64,000 nt of DNA. Origin: Pyrinomonadaceae bacterium. GTDB taxonomy: Bacteria > Acidobacteriota > Blastocatellia > Pyrinomonadales > Pyrinomonadaceae. Location of the stretch: assembly GCA_046714695.1 (NCBI GenBank), contig JBKKAL010000297.1:43407-107406 (forward strand), in the 5' to 3' direction. The notes below the pieces were generated by a model. The model had not been told where the DNA came from, did no database searches, and was given only the letters and a program-made list of their open reading frames with translations. Shown piece after piece: positions 17,425-27,034 of the stretch. Positions within the stretch are counted from its first letter, which is position 1. Every line of letters begins with the position of its first letter. The translations under genes and the position numbers were made by a program.

Positions 17425-18276
17425 TTAACGGCTACCGCGCGCCGCGTTACCCATTGGCTGACCCAGGAAAGCGAGCAGATCGCTCGTCAAGCGCTCCTTG
17501 TGCGTAATGAACAGGCCGTGCGGCGCGCCGTCATACTCGATCAGCTTGGCTTGAGCAATACCACGCGCTGCTGCGCGCCCCGTAGCATCAATCGGCACGG
17601 TCTTATCTTCGGTTCCGTGGATAATCAACGTCGGTACTTTGAAGCTCGCAAGGTCAGGCCGGAAATCCGTTGTCGCAAATGCTTTGGCACAATCGAGCGT
17701 CGCCTTGAGGCTCGCCTGCATTGACACGTTCTGCGACCATGCGAGCACCTCATCGCTCACCGGCTGCGACACCAGGCCGACGCCGTAAAAATCCTTGAAG
17801 AAGCCCGCGAAGAAATGCGCGCGGTCTTGCTTCATTCCCTCGGTCATCTGTGCGAACGTCGCCTCATCAACGCCGCCCGGATTGTCATCGGTTTTGAGCA
17901 TGTAGGGCACAACCGATGAGACGAGCACGGCTTGAGCGACATTCTTTCCTCCATGCCGTGACATGTAGCGCGCGACCTCGCCGCCGCCCATCGAAAAGCC
18001 GACGATAGCTGCGTCAGTCGCGCCCGTCTCCTCGACGACGGCGGCGAGATCGTCGGCTAAAGTATCGTAGTTATAACCGTCCCACGGCTGGTCTGAACGA
18101 CCGAAGCCGCGTCGGTCGTACGCAATCGCGCGAAAGCCTGCGTCGGCAATCGCCATCGCCTGATCATCCCAGCTATCCGCAGAAAGCGGCCAGCCGTGCA
18201 TGAGGATTACGGGCCGCCCTGATCCCCAGTCTTTTACATATAGTTTCGTGTTGTCGGGTGTCGTGATGTATGCCAT
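17425..18276 (-). CDS. alpha/beta hydrolase (non-haem haloperoxidase/arylesterase-like)
   Basis: 283 aa with LYVKDWGSGRPVILMHGWPLSADSWDDQ, the nucleophile elbow GFSMGGG and a C-terminal ...GAPHG motif. Confidence 0.8.
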   Translation of the reverse strand: MAYITTPDNTKLYVKDWGSGRPVILMHGWPLSADSWDDQAMAIADAGFRAIAYDRRGFGRSDQPWDGYNYDTLADDLAAVVEETGATDAAIVGFSMGGGEVARYMSRHGGKNVAQAVLVSSVVPYMLKTDDNPGGVDEATFAQMTEGMKQDRAHFFAGFFKDFYGVGLVSQPVSDEVLAWSQNVSMQASLKATLDCAKAFATTDFRPDLASFKVPTLIIHGTEDKTVPIDATGRAAARGIAQAKLIEYDGAPHGLFITHKERLTSDLLAFLGQPMGNAARGSR

Positions 18277-18450
18277 TGCTTATCCCCTTGCCTTGAGCTA
18301 TTTATTGCTGGAGCTATTATTGCTTCTATTTCGTAAAGACTTTGTGTCGCCTCGGCTACTTTTCCGTCCCCGCCGCGGCGCTTGCCCCACAAGCTCGAAG
18401 AGCATCTTTCGGATTTATCCTTGTATGCTCGCCGCCTGCGTTGTGAGGTT

Positions 18451-18479
18451 TTGACAAGGCGTATAGATGATTGTATATA
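18451..18479 (+). promoter_or_regulatory. sigma70-like promoter candidate for the downstream alcohol dehydrogenase
   Basis: TTGACA (18451-18456), a 17-nt spacer, then TATATA (18474-18479). It lies about 105 nt upstream of the ATG at 18584. Confidence 0.4.
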
Positions 18480-18583
18480 AGCCCGACGCTTCTACTTTAT
18501 ACGGCAACGACGAGCGCGGCTACATAGACCATCGGGCCCTGCAACCGAGACAGCCGCGACGAACTAATACAGGAGATTAATAA

Positions 18584-19627
18584 ATGTTACCGACACGCGC
18601 ATATGCCACACAGAGCCCGACATCGAATCTCGAACCGTTCAGCATCGAGCGGCGAGACGTGGGCGAACATGACGTGCTCATCGAAATCCTCTACTGCGGG
18701 GTCTGCCATTCGGACATCCATCAGGCCAGAAACGAGTGGGACAACTCCGCCTATCCGATGGTGCCGGGGCACGAGATCGTCGGGCGCGTGGCGCGAGCCG
18801 GACACGGGGTCACGAAGTTCAAGGAGGGTGATCTGGCGGGCGTCGGCTGCTTCGTCAACTCTTGCCGCGAGTGCCGCAATTGCCGCGACGACGAGGAGCA
18901 GTTCTGTGAGCGCCACATGGCAGCCACCTACAACTCGACAGAGATGGACGAGCAGACGCCGACCTACGGGGGCTACTCCTCGCAGATCGTGGTTGATGAG
19001 AACTACACGCTGAAGGTTCCCGAAAAACTTCCGCTCGCGGGCGTCGCCCCCTTGCTCTGCGCGGGGATTACCACCTACTCGCCGCTCAAGCAGTTCAACG
19101 TCCGCGAGGGACAGAAGGTGGGCGTCGTCGGCCTTGGCGGCTTAGGTCACATGGCCGTCAAACTCGCCCGCTCGATGGGCGCGGAGGTAACGGTCTTCAG
19201 CACCTCTCCGTCGAAAGAAAAGGACGCGCGACGCCTGGGCGCTCACAACTTCGTTGTTACCAAAGACCCGGCGAAGCTGGAACCGCTCGCCGGAACACTC
19301 GACCTTATTCTCGACGCCGTGTCCGCCACGCACGACCCGAACATGTATCTCAATGCGCTGCGACGTGACGGCGTGATGGTGCTCGTCGGCGCGCCGGAAA
19401 AGCCTCTGGAAGTATCCGCCTTCGCGCTCATCATGGGACGTAGGAAACTCGCGGGCTCACTCATCGGCGGCATACGCGAAACGCAGGAGATGCTCGATTA
19501 CTGCGCCGAGCACGACATCACCTCAGACGTTGAGGTGATTCCCATCCAACAAATTAACGAGGCTTACGACAGAACCGTTAAGGGAGACGTGCATTACCGC
19601 TTCGTCATTGACATGAAATCGCTGTGA
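18584..19627 (+). CDS. NAD(P)-dependent zinc alcohol dehydrogenase (cinnamyl-ADH/YahK-like)
   Basis: 347 aa with CGVCHSD, GHEIVG, the structural-Zn motif CRECRNCRDDEEQFC and the Rossmann motif GLGGLGH. Confidence 0.85.
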   Translation: MLPTRAYATQSPTSNLEPFSIERRDVGEHDVLIEILYCGVCHSDIHQARNEWDNSAYPMVPGHEIVGRVARAGHGVTKFKEGDLAGVGCFVNSCRECRNCRDDEEQFCERHMAATYNSTEMDEQTPTYGGYSSQIVVDENYTLKVPEKLPLAGVAPLLCAGITTYSPLKQFNVREGQKVGVVGLGGLGHMAVKLARSMGAEVTVFSTSPSKEKDARRLGAHNFVVTKDPAKLEPLAGTLDLILDAVSATHDPNMYLNALRRDGVMVLVGAPEKPLEVSAFALIMGRRKLAGSLIGGIRETQEMLDYCAEHDITSDVEVIPIQQINEAYDRTVKGDVHYRFVIDMKSL

Positions 19628-19689
19628 GGCATGCACCAAATTTAGCTATTAATTAATGGTCTGAGCTTTGCGGAATCGGTGTACAAGTC

Positions 19690-20184
19690 CTACCAACCCA
19701 AAGTCCCTTCCGCTCCCTTGAATGGTCCGACGATGTCACTTGTGATCCAACCGCCGTAGAAACCTCCCCGTTGCGGGGTGACAAGCTCGCCGTCCAGGTA
19801 GCATGCATCCATCAAGGCGGGATAGAACGCGACGTAATCTTTGATTGCAGCGAAGTCAGCCGCGGGATTGGCGTAAGACCACGCGGCATCCATGGCGCTT
19901 CTATCGCCTGCTTCAACCGAGAAAAACGATGCCGCACCCTTCCACTCGCAGAACGAAGCGCGTGCGCTTGGCCGCAGGTATTTCATCTGTATATCACCGG
20001 GCGGAAGATAGTAAACAGGTGGATGGCTCGTCTCCAGCACCCGATAGGCGTGGGCGGTATCGGCGATTGTAATGCCGCCAAAAACGACGGTCAGATGTTT
20101 CGATGTGCTTTCAAGACGAGGCGGGCGCGGGTAGTCCCACACAGATTCCTGTCCGGCTTGCGGCTCGATTCGTTTAATGCTCAT
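19690..20184 (-). CDS. DUF427-like protein
   Basis: 164-aa ORF. Its composition and pattern (HPPVYYLPPGDI, CEWKGAASFF) match my recollection of DUF427. It starts 4 nt after the upstream stop. Confidence 0.55.
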   Translation of the reverse strand: MSIKRIEPQAGQESVWDYPRPPRLESTSKHLTVVFGGITIADTAHAYRVLETSHPPVYYLPPGDIQMKYLRPSARASFCEWKGAASFFSVEAGDRSAMDAAWSYANPAADFAAIKDYVAFYPALMDACYLDGELVTPQRGGFYGGWITSDIVGPFKGAEGTLGW

Positions 20185-20187
20185 TCC

Positions 20188-20565
20188 TTACCTCACATCC
20201 GTTTCATCCAAAGCTTCGATTGCGATTCCTTCGAGTTCCATCCAGACAACTCCGTGTGCGTCAACAATCATTACGCCGTCCACGTTTTTGCCCGCAACCC
20301 AGCCGCACACTTCCAGATTAGTCGTGCTGGTATGATCAGTCGCCGCATGTTTCGCCGCCCAGGATGTAACAACAAAGCGTACCGGCGCGCCGATTCTAAA
20401 GCCGCACACGCGACGGGTCTTCGTGAGCGCCCACAAACGCCTTTCGACGGAGACTCTCCAAGACACGCCGTCCCGCCATGCGACATTGACATGCACGAGT
20501 TGTTGGATGATCTCCAAAGGCAAATGAAGATCGTCTGCTGCGACCTCAATCTGTATGTTCAGCAT
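20188..20565 (-). CDS. hypothetical protein
   Basis: The track ORF extends to 20628. The internal ATG at 20565 (MLNIQIEV...) directly follows AAGAGG. It appears translationally coupled to the DUF427 gene. I recognise no motif. Confidence 0.4.
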   Translation of the reverse strand: MLNIQIEVAADDLHLPLEIIQQLVHVNVAWRDGVSWRVSVERRLWALTKTRRVCGFRIGAPVRFVVTSWAAKHAATDHTSTTNLEVCGWVAGKNVDGVMIVDAHGVVWMELEGIAIEALDETDVR

Positions 20566-20713
20566 CCTCTTGAGACACACTATCAAATTGAAGATACTGT
20601 AAGTCGTTGCCGGTCGAGGGGAATGCATGAATCACAACGCAATCGTCTCTCTCACAGCGCCCTCTGCTCAAGATGGCGCGCGGGCGCTTTTGTAGCCAGT
20701 CTTCGGCCTTGTT

Positions 20714-21385
20714 TTAACTAACCAGTTCGAGCAGATGACCCATCCTGAGCTTCTTCGTGCTCAGGTAAAAAACGGCTTCGCGCGGCGGCTCGATGTCGAG
20801 CGGCACACGCTCGACGACGTTCAGCCCGCCCGCCACAAGGGCGCGTAATTTCTCAGGGTTGTTCGTCACAGCGCGCACCTTCGACAATCCAAGGTCACGC
20901 AGGATTTCCACGCACTGACGATACTCGCGCACATCAACGGCCAATCCCAGACGCTCGTTGGCTTCGATTGTGTCCGCGCCCTCTTCCTGTAAGGAATAGG
21001 CGCGAATCTTGTTGATGATGCCGATGCCGCGCCCTTCCTGTAGTTGATAAACAACAGCGCCCCGCCCCTCCTGAGAAATCAGGTCGAGCGTGCGCTGGAG
21101 CTGCTGGCCGCAATCGCATTTTGTCGAGCCGAAGATATCTCCCGTCATGCACTGCGAGTGGATACGGACGAGAGCTGGCTCTGCGGCGCGCATATCGCCC
21201 TGGTACAGGCAGACGAACTCTTCCGCGCTCACGAGCGACCGGTAACCGGCTAGACGAAACTCACCCCTAACGGTCGGCAGGCGCGTCTCCGCGACCTTAA
21301 AGACAGACTGCTCCTCCCGTCGCTTGCTCATGTCCCAACCAAAATTTTCGTAAAGCTCTTTCGACAACATCTCTTCCGATAACAT
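20714..21385 (-). CDS. ribA: GTP cyclohydrolase II
   Basis: VRIHSQCMTGDIFGSTKCDCGQQL (zinc/GTP motif) and EGRGIGIINKIRAY are characteristic of RibA. Confidence 0.85.
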   Translation of the reverse strand: MLSEEMLSKELYENFGWDMSKRREEQSVFKVAETRLPTVRGEFRLAGYRSLVSAEEFVCLYQGDMRAAEPALVRIHSQCMTGDIFGSTKCDCGQQLQRTLDLISQEGRGAVVYQLQEGRGIGIINKIRAYSLQEEGADTIEANERLGLAVDVREYRQCVEILRDLGLSKVRAVTNNPEKLRALVAGGLNVVERVPLDIEPPREAVFYLSTKKLRMGHLLELVS

Positions 21386-21410
21386 CAGTTTTACTCCTCC
21401 CGTCGGGGAA

Positions 21411-21581
21411 TTAGCCTACGCGTTCATATGACCTATCACGAATACCCGGCGTGCCCCTTCTCAGCTCATCTTGTCTCATCCTCTTGCCTGTCCGGTGAAA
21501 CTCCAAGACCGTATAAGTCAGCCCCCCGCCGAGAAGGAGCGTGACGAACAGACCAACAGCGAAGATCGCCAAGTCGGACAT
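21411..21581 (-). CDS. 56-aa single-helix membrane peptide (below the ORF-track cutoff)
   Basis: My own translation gives MSDLAIFAVGLFVTLLLGGGLTYTVLEFHRTGKRMRQDELRRGTPGIRDRSYERVG. A strong GGAGGTG lies 7 nt upstream of the ATG, which starts 6 nt after the stop of the preceding small ORF. Confidence 0.45.
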   Translation of the reverse strand: MSDLAIFAVGLFVTLLLGGGLTYTVLEFHRTGKRMRQDELRRGTPGIRDRSYERVG

Positions 21582-21586
21582 TCACT

Positions 21587-21778
21587 TCACCTCCCCACTC
21601 TGGTTCGGAAATAATTGCCAACCGCAATGATTGAGGGAACCCAGAGGCCAACGAAAAGCCCCGCCTCTTTATTGGCCGGGCCAGGGAAACCAAACCACAG
21701 CGAAATGGAAAAAATAAGAGAGATAAACGCCGCCCCGAGTATTAAAGCGTCCGCCCTTGTAAACATATAAGCCTCCAT
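21587..21778 (-). CDS. 63-aa two-helix membrane peptide
   Basis: It has two hydrophobic segments (ALILGAAFISLIFSISLWF, GLFVGLWVPSIIAVG) and is tightly coupled to the following 56-aa ORF. Confidence 0.4.
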   Translation of the reverse strand: MEAYMFTRADALILGAAFISLIFSISLWFGFPGPANKEAGLFVGLWVPSIIAVGNYFRTRVGR

Positions 21779-21999
21779 CTGCGACTTTCATATTTGTAAC
21801 GCGCCATCTAAAAAGGATGTGAACGTTTTGGACGATTTATACTCCTGTTCCTTAAAATGTCAAGTCACAAAATCGTTTGTTTTGCTGTTCAACTTGATGT
21901 TATTATTCCATATTGATCCTTTTATGGATGTTTTGAACGAATTATTTACTTCTTGCCGGGTTTATGGTAGATTCCCATCGAGGGTAATTTCTTTTAGTT

Positions 22000-22917
22000 A
22001 TGAACATGTCGGGCAGAAAATTGACGAGCAAAGAGGCAGCTCGCCTTCTGGGTGTGAGCGAAGCTTCGGTTAAGCGTTGGGCCGATGCGGGCATCCTGCC
22101 AACGGAGAAGACGGTCGGCGGTCATCGTCGCTTCCGTTCTCAAGATGTCGCGCTCTTTCGACGTGAGACGCTCAAGGCCGCCAGCCAACATCCAGCTATT
22201 AAGTCTCCGACAAGTTTTGAGGAGGCTGAAGACACAGCTCCATTCGACGCCGACGATGAAACGCTTGCCCGCGAGATGTTCGAGGCGCTCCTGATCGGAC
22301 GTGCTGAAGAAGCGTCCGCGCTCCTGGTTAACGCCTACCTCCGTGGAGGGCGTAGCGTCGCAACCCTATGCGACTCGGTTCTGGCGAAAGCTATGCATAG
22401 AATCGGAGACCTCTGGCACCAGGGCGAGTTGACGGTGGCGAAAGAGCACATCGCCACGCGGGCGGCGCTTACCGCTCTACAAACATTACACGGCGTGTCG
22501 TCCATAAACGGCGCGCACGGGCTGCTGGCCGTTTGCTGTAGCACCGAAGAGGACTTTCACGAACTGCCGATTCGTGTGGCGGAGCTGATTTTTAAGTGTA
22601 ACGGGTGGGAAGTAATAAACATGGGCACACATACACCGTTTTATGCGCTAACCGAGACCGTCACCGATTACCACCCGCAAATTATCTGTGTCGCCTCGAC
22701 TGTACTCCCCGACCTCGATCGCGCCGCTCGTGAGTACAAGGAGTTACGCCGGACAGCCGAGCGAGCGGGCGTATCCGTAGTGCTCGGCGGCGCAGGTTTC
22801 GCTGACGAAGAGGTGCGGCGCAGATTTCCCGCCGAGCTTCACGCCGAGACGTTCCAACAATTGGAGGAGTTTGTCGTCGCCTCTGGCACTTCGGCAGTCG
22901 AACCATTAGTGAGATAA
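22000..22917 (+). CDS. CarH/LitR-like regulator: excisionase/MerR-type HTH plus cobalamin-binding domain
   Basis: The N-terminal HTH is LTSKEAARLLGVSEASVKRWADAGILPTEKTVGGHRRF. A B12-binding_2-like helix bundle follows (DLWHQGELTVAKEHIATRAA). The Rossmann B12 motifs are DFHELP (DxHxxG with G replaced by P), ASTVL and LGGAG. Confidence 0.7.
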   Translation: MNMSGRKLTSKEAARLLGVSEASVKRWADAGILPTEKTVGGHRRFRSQDVALFRRETLKAASQHPAIKSPTSFEEAEDTAPFDADDETLAREMFEALLIGRAEEASALLVNAYLRGGRSVATLCDSVLAKAMHRIGDLWHQGELTVAKEHIATRAALTALQTLHGVSSINGAHGLLAVCCSTEEDFHELPIRVAELIFKCNGWEVINMGTHTPFYALTETVTDYHPQIICVASTVLPDLDRAAREYKELRRTAERAGVSVVLGGAGFADEEVRRRFPAELHAETFQQLEEFVVASGTSAVEPLVR

Positions 22918-22919
22918 AG

Positions 22920-23537
22920 ATGCCCGGCCCGACAATAATCTATCAGGGATCGCTCAAGGAGACCGTGGGAGCTATGAAGACAAAAATTATCGCAACAGGG
23001 CTTGGAGTCCTACTGTTTTCCATCCTGATTAAGGCTGAAAGGGGGGATAAAAGGCCGCTCGATGTAGTCCCAACGGTTGATCTCACGAAGTATTCGGGGG
23101 TGTGGTACGAGATCGCGCGGCTTCCGAATCCCTTCGAGGGTAAGTGCGCAGGTGACATCTCGGCTACTTACTCCGTGCTCAACAAGAACAGGTTGAAGGT
23201 CGTGAATCGTTGCCGAAAAAAGAGCGGCCAGTTCACAGAAGCAGTGGGCGAAGCGCGGCTCGCCAGCCGTAGTGGGCCCAACTCACGATTAAAAGTGAGA
23301 TTCGCCCCCTCATTTCTTTCCTTTATACCTTTCGTCTGGGGCGACTACCAGATCATTGAGCTTGCGCCCGACTACAGTTATGCCCTGGTCGGCGAACCGG
23401 GTCGAAGATACTTGTGGATATTGTCTCGCGCACCGCGCATGGATGAGGCGGTCTATCAGCGGCTGGTGGAGAGAGCCGTGGGTCAGGGCTTTGATGTCAG
23501 GCAGATGATTAAAACGGAACAGAGAGCGAGTAAGTAG
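22920..23537 (+). CDS. bacterial lipocalin (Blc-like); alternative start at 22974
   Basis: YSGVWYEIARLPNPFE and the following GDYQIIELAPDYSYALVG are lipocalin motifs. MKTKIIATGLGVLLFSIL, from the ATG at 22974, looks like a signal sequence. Confidence 0.8.
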   Translation: MPGPTIIYQGSLKETVGAMKTKIIATGLGVLLFSILIKAERGDKRPLDVVPTVDLTKYSGVWYEIARLPNPFEGKCAGDISATYSVLNKNRLKVVNRCRKKSGQFTEAVGEARLASRSGPNSRLKVRFAPSFLSFIPFVWGDYQIIELAPDYSYALVGEPGRRYLWILSRAPRMDEAVYQRLVERAVGQGFDVRQMIKTEQRASK

Positions 23538-23563
23538 AGGGGCGTTCTCTTACTCCCGCTCTC
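23522..23563 (+). terminator. hairpin overlapping the lipocalin stop codon
   Basis: GAGAGCGAGTAAG...CTTACTcCCGCTCTC forms a 13-bp stem with a 2-nt bulge, followed by the T-rich ATTGAGTTTGTTT. Confidence 0.4.
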
Positions 23564-23797
23564 ATTGAGTTTGTTTACGCTGGCGGCTTAACTTTTTACC
23601 GGCGTGAGATGTTTTATATATCTCACAATGACGCCGTTTGCTCTACAGGTAATCACGGTCTTCTCTGACCGCTCTCTTCGCTGGCGGGCCGTGTTAGGAT
23701 AATAAATTCCAATTGCTATTACTGGCCCTTGAGGAGCGGGAAACAGCTATAATGCATGTGGTTCATAAGTTCATCATAGCGAGGAGGGAATACATAC

Positions 23798-24280
23798 ATG
23801 AATGTCAAAGATAAATTTACGCCGGAAGAATGGAAGAGTTTGCTAAAAGTTCCGATGTTGGCTGCTTATGCAGTCGCCGGAGCTGCCCCGAGCAAACAGG
23901 ATGAGTTTGTGCAGGAGATGTCTGCGGTGGCTGACGCTATCGTAGAAGGTGAGCAGGCGGCGACGAAGGATTCATTGGTCGGCGCAGTCGTCGCTGACAT
24001 CATTGCCAACGCCGAGGACGAGCAGCGCGGTCAGACGGAGAAACTCTCGGTCAGTGAAATCAAAGTAAAGGCGCTGGAAACCTGCCGGACAGTAGCAGTG
24101 CTGCTGCAATCTAAAGCTGACCCAAAAGAGGCTTATGAATACAAAAGGTGGATCCTGAGAGCAGCCCAAAGGGTCGCGGCGGCGGCTAAAGAGGGAGGTC
24201 TCTTTGGGTTTGGCGGGACACAAATCAGCGGGAGCGAGGTAGAAACTATAAACGAGATTGGGGAGGCGATAGGCATCTAG
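23798..24280 (+). CDS. hypothetical protein
   Basis: 160-aa ORF preceded by GAGGAGGG 8 nt upstream. It is acidic and helical-looking, with no motif I recognise. Confidence 0.55.
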   Translation: MNVKDKFTPEEWKSLLKVPMLAAYAVAGAAPSKQDEFVQEMSAVADAIVEGEQAATKDSLVGAVVADIIANAEDEQRGQTEKLSVSEIKVKALETCRTVAVLLQSKADPKEAYEYKRWILRAAQRVAAAAKEGGLFGFGGTQISGSEVETINEIGEAIGI

Positions 24281-24483
24281 GCTTGCTGTGGGTTCAGGAT
24301 GCAAGAGGTAAATTAACGCTTTACAACTTTACCAACGATCAGCGTATTGTAACTTCTGTTATCCCTTCTCTCGTGCATCAACGGTGATCCGCTTCCCGCT
24401 TTTCCGTATTTGAGAAGCATTGCAGTAGCATTTACGATTTTTCCACCATCCTTTGACTAACTCCGATAAGAAAGGCGATACAA

Positions 24484-24873
24484 ATGAAAAAAATAGAGAC
24501 AGGCTATATATTCGATCCCCACGCCGGGGCAACTTATAACTTTGAACACATGCCCGTCGCATCCGCCGAAGAGAGGGCACGTGTAGCAGAAACGCCACAC
24601 ATCGTTGAGGCCATTAACTGGACGAAATCCGAAGGCGGTGAAGTGCATTACAATCGCTACTTTGCCCAGAGCTTTGATGAGGCTCTTGGTCTCGCCGTCA
24701 GGCTCAGGATCGGCTTCGAAGAGGGCGTGGAAGAAGTGGTCTCCATCCGCCCGGCGACCAAAAACGAAGCGGCGGGAGGAAGCGTTGCTTCCACGCACTT
24801 CCTCGAACTGATGCCGCTTGCGATATCCAGTATTGATGAGAAGGAAGGCACCAAGAAAGGCGTGCAGAGGTAA
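24484..24873 (+). CDS. hypothetical protein
   Basis: 129-aa ORF with coding-like composition. The overlapping antisense ORFs look spurious. I recognise no motif. Confidence 0.45.
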   Translation: MKKIETGYIFDPHAGATYNFEHMPVASAEERARVAETPHIVEAINWTKSEGGEVHYNRYFAQSFDEALGLAVRLRIGFEEGVEEVVSIRPATKNEAAGGSVASTHFLELMPLAISSIDEKEGTKKGVQR

Positions 24874-24905
24874 GCGACAACCAGGACCGGACGTGAGTAT
24901 TGCTA

Positions 24906-24925
24906 TGCTCGGCAGAGGCCGAGCA
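24906..24925. terminator. GC-rich 8-bp stem / tetraloop hairpin between convergent genes
   Basis: TGCTCGGC-agag-GCCGAGCA, with no T-tract. Confidence 0.35.
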
Positions 24926-25081
24926 CACCGGCGGCACGCCAAACTTTAAGATCGCGAATTTCAAAACTTGAAAGTTTATTAGATTCTCGGCCAGCACTTT
25001 TAATCGGAGTGAAGACTGGCACGATTCAATCCGGCAAAGCGTCAAGTCGAATTCATGTTAGTAGTTTGAAGTCGCGCCGGG

Positions 25082-27034
25082 TTAGTGCCCGCCCAATCCT
25101 TCAATCAACCATAAATCGGATGAGTCGCGCGTATAGGTGTAAGCGTAAGACTCTCCGTCCGGCGTGAGGAGGACACGCAGAATCTCTGTATCTTCTGTCG
25201 GGGTTGGCGGCATCAACTTCTTCCACATTTCTCGATGACCCGTCTTGATATTTACTTTGGATATTTCAACCGGCACCTGGCCGCGCTTTCGCACGTACAG
25301 CTCATCCCGTTCATTGGCCCAGCGGATCGGCATATCACCGGGCGCACTGCCCGCCAGCTCCGTATATTGTTTTCCATCCTCTGAATATAGACGGATTCTT
25401 TGATCGGGTCCGATGGCCGCTATTAAACATTCTTCGGATAAACACGGCGAGATGGCGTGAGGTGTGGAGAGATAAATTCCTTCCTCATCAGGAGTGATGG
25501 AATAGGGCTCCCCTTCTTCGATATCCTGCACATACAGTTTCGTCCCGTGACCGGGCTCATTACCTGTAAAGAGGATCCGTTTATTATCAGGAAACCAGCT
25601 TGCCCACTGTTGATAGTTGATCTCCGTGTGCTCCGCTTTATTCAAGAACTTTGGCTTTACCGGCTTGCCCGTCTCGGTCGGCAAAAGCACAAGCTGCGCC
25701 GACGGCGGAGGCAGTTTTGCCAGCGCCCATTCACCATTTGGAGAGAACGCCAGGGCCGACCCGTCACCCAGGCATTTAACTGATGAGCCATCCTGATCAT
25801 TCATCTCGCGCAGGTAAACACCGTACTTCGTACCGCCGGCTTCACCCGCTTCCGTGAAGAGAAGTTTCTTTCCATCGGATGAGAGGTCTCTGGCAAGCGA
25901 CCAGTCAAAACGAGAAAGATTACATTCATGATTCGCGCCGGGAGCGCGTCCAACAATACCCAGACGGAGATCGTCGTACGTGACCAGGACATCTCCATCT
26001 TCGGAAACATCGTGCAGCGTAAGACTCGTACGGCTCTTCTTGATTAAACGTTGGCGGCCTTCGAGCGTGACGCCGTAGATGGCACGAGCGTTGCCCGCCT
26101 TGGCTGCCGTGAACCAGATCTCATCGCCCGTCGCAGACCACGCCAGCCCCTGTATGCTCATCCATTCGCTGGAAAGCGTCTTCTTTTCACCGTCGTTCTC
26201 TATAACTACGACGTCTCCACTATCATCCGCGGGGATAGGATGATCTAAGAAAGCTATTTTGCCCTGGCGAGAGACGCGCGGATGGCTGATCCACCCGCCG
26301 GTCTTGTAGATCACCCTCCCTATTGGAAACTCAAGGGTGCTCATCCCTTCGACTTCTCTCACCACTGCCAGCTCATATCCATCTGGCGACCAGTCGGCCC
26401 ATTGAATGTGATTACTGATTGGACTGATGCTTCCACCGTCGAGGCTAACTCTGACAAGGTCTCCATCATAGACATAGCCCTGGACAAACCGGCGTGTCAG
26501 CGAAAACGCTATCTCCTTTAAATGAGAGATGCCAAAAAGGTGCGCATCCACCAGTCCGAGCGAGCGTGGGACTCTGCTTCCTCGCTTCATGGAAAAAATT
26601 TCGGCTGGACGACCGTTCCAGGCTGCGCTGTAGATAATTTCACGGCTGTGAGGATCAAACCTGGCGGAAGTGACGACCCCATGCTGGAAGGTCAGACGGT
26701 CGGGTTCCTTCTCCTCCGCGTCTCCGGCCTTAAAGAGATAGCCTCGCTTGGGAACCGTCTCGATATACTCAGTATCATCTTCCTGAGTTAAAGCTTTCCT
26801 GATGGTATAGATATTTTGGCTGAGAACGGCATCGCCGACGTATATATCCGGCCAGACGGCGTTGAGCAATTCCTCCCGTTCGACTATCTCTCCATTCCTT
26901 TGCACAAGAACTAGCAAGACGTCGAACTCTTTCGGATTGAGGGGTATATGCTTGCCGTTGCGAAATAGACGGCGAGTCTTTAGGTCTAAACTGAAGGCGC
27001 CGAATTTATAGGAGGCTTGCTGGGACATACCCAT
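25082..27034 (-). CDS. OmpR/CadC-type winged-helix DNA-binding domain fused to a TolB-like beta-propeller region (no receiver, no TM)
   Basis: The N-terminus YKFGAFSLDLKTRRLFRNGKHIPLNPKEFDVLLVLVQRNGEIVEREELLNAVWPD...YIETVPKRGYLF is a trans_reg_C wHTH. The remaining ~540 aa carry WD40-like/TolB propeller strands (WSPDG, FSPNG, WFPDN). Confidence 0.8.
   Translation of the reverse strand: MGMSQQASYKFGAFSLDLKTRRLFRNGKHIPLNPKEFDVLLVLVQRNGEIVEREELLNAVWPDIYVGDAVLSQNIYTIRKALTQEDDTEYIETVPKRGYLFKAGDAEEKEPDRLTFQHGVVTSARFDPHSREIIYSAAWNGRPAEIFSMKRGSRVPRSLGLVDAHLFGISHLKEIAFSLTRRFVQGYVYDGDLVRVSLDGGSISPISNHIQWADWSPDGYELAVVREVEGMSTLEFPIGRVIYKTGGWISHPRVSRQGKIAFLDHPIPADDSGDVVVIENDGEKKTLSSEWMSIQGLAWSATGDEIWFTAAKAGNARAIYGVTLEGRQRLIKKSRTSLTLHDVSEDGDVLVTYDDLRLGIVGRAPGANHECNLSRFDWSLARDLSSDGKKLLFTEAGEAGGTKYGVYLREMNDQDGSSVKCLGDGSALAFSPNGEWALAKLPPPSAQLVLLPTETGKPVKPKFLNKAEHTEINYQQWASWFPDNKRILFTGNEPGHGTKLYVQDIEEGEPYSITPDEEGIYLSTPHAISPCLSEECLIAAIGPDQRIRLYSEDGKQYTELAGSAPGDMPIRWANERDELYVRKRGQVPVEISKVNIKTGHREMWKKLMPPTPTEDTEILRVLLTPDGESYAYTYTRDSSDLWLIEGLGGH

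Noticed and set aside
19771-20721. 316-aa plus-strand ORF, and many other long antisense ORFs such as 36078-37088, 40293-41519, 55402-56202, 57455-57868, 45423-46064 and 16509-17252
   Set aside because: All lie antisense to, or out of frame within, genes that have clear family motifs. Their translations are Arg/Ala/Pro-rich low-complexity sequence of the kind produced by GC-rich coding DNA, and none shows a recognisable motif. I treated them as shadow ORFs.
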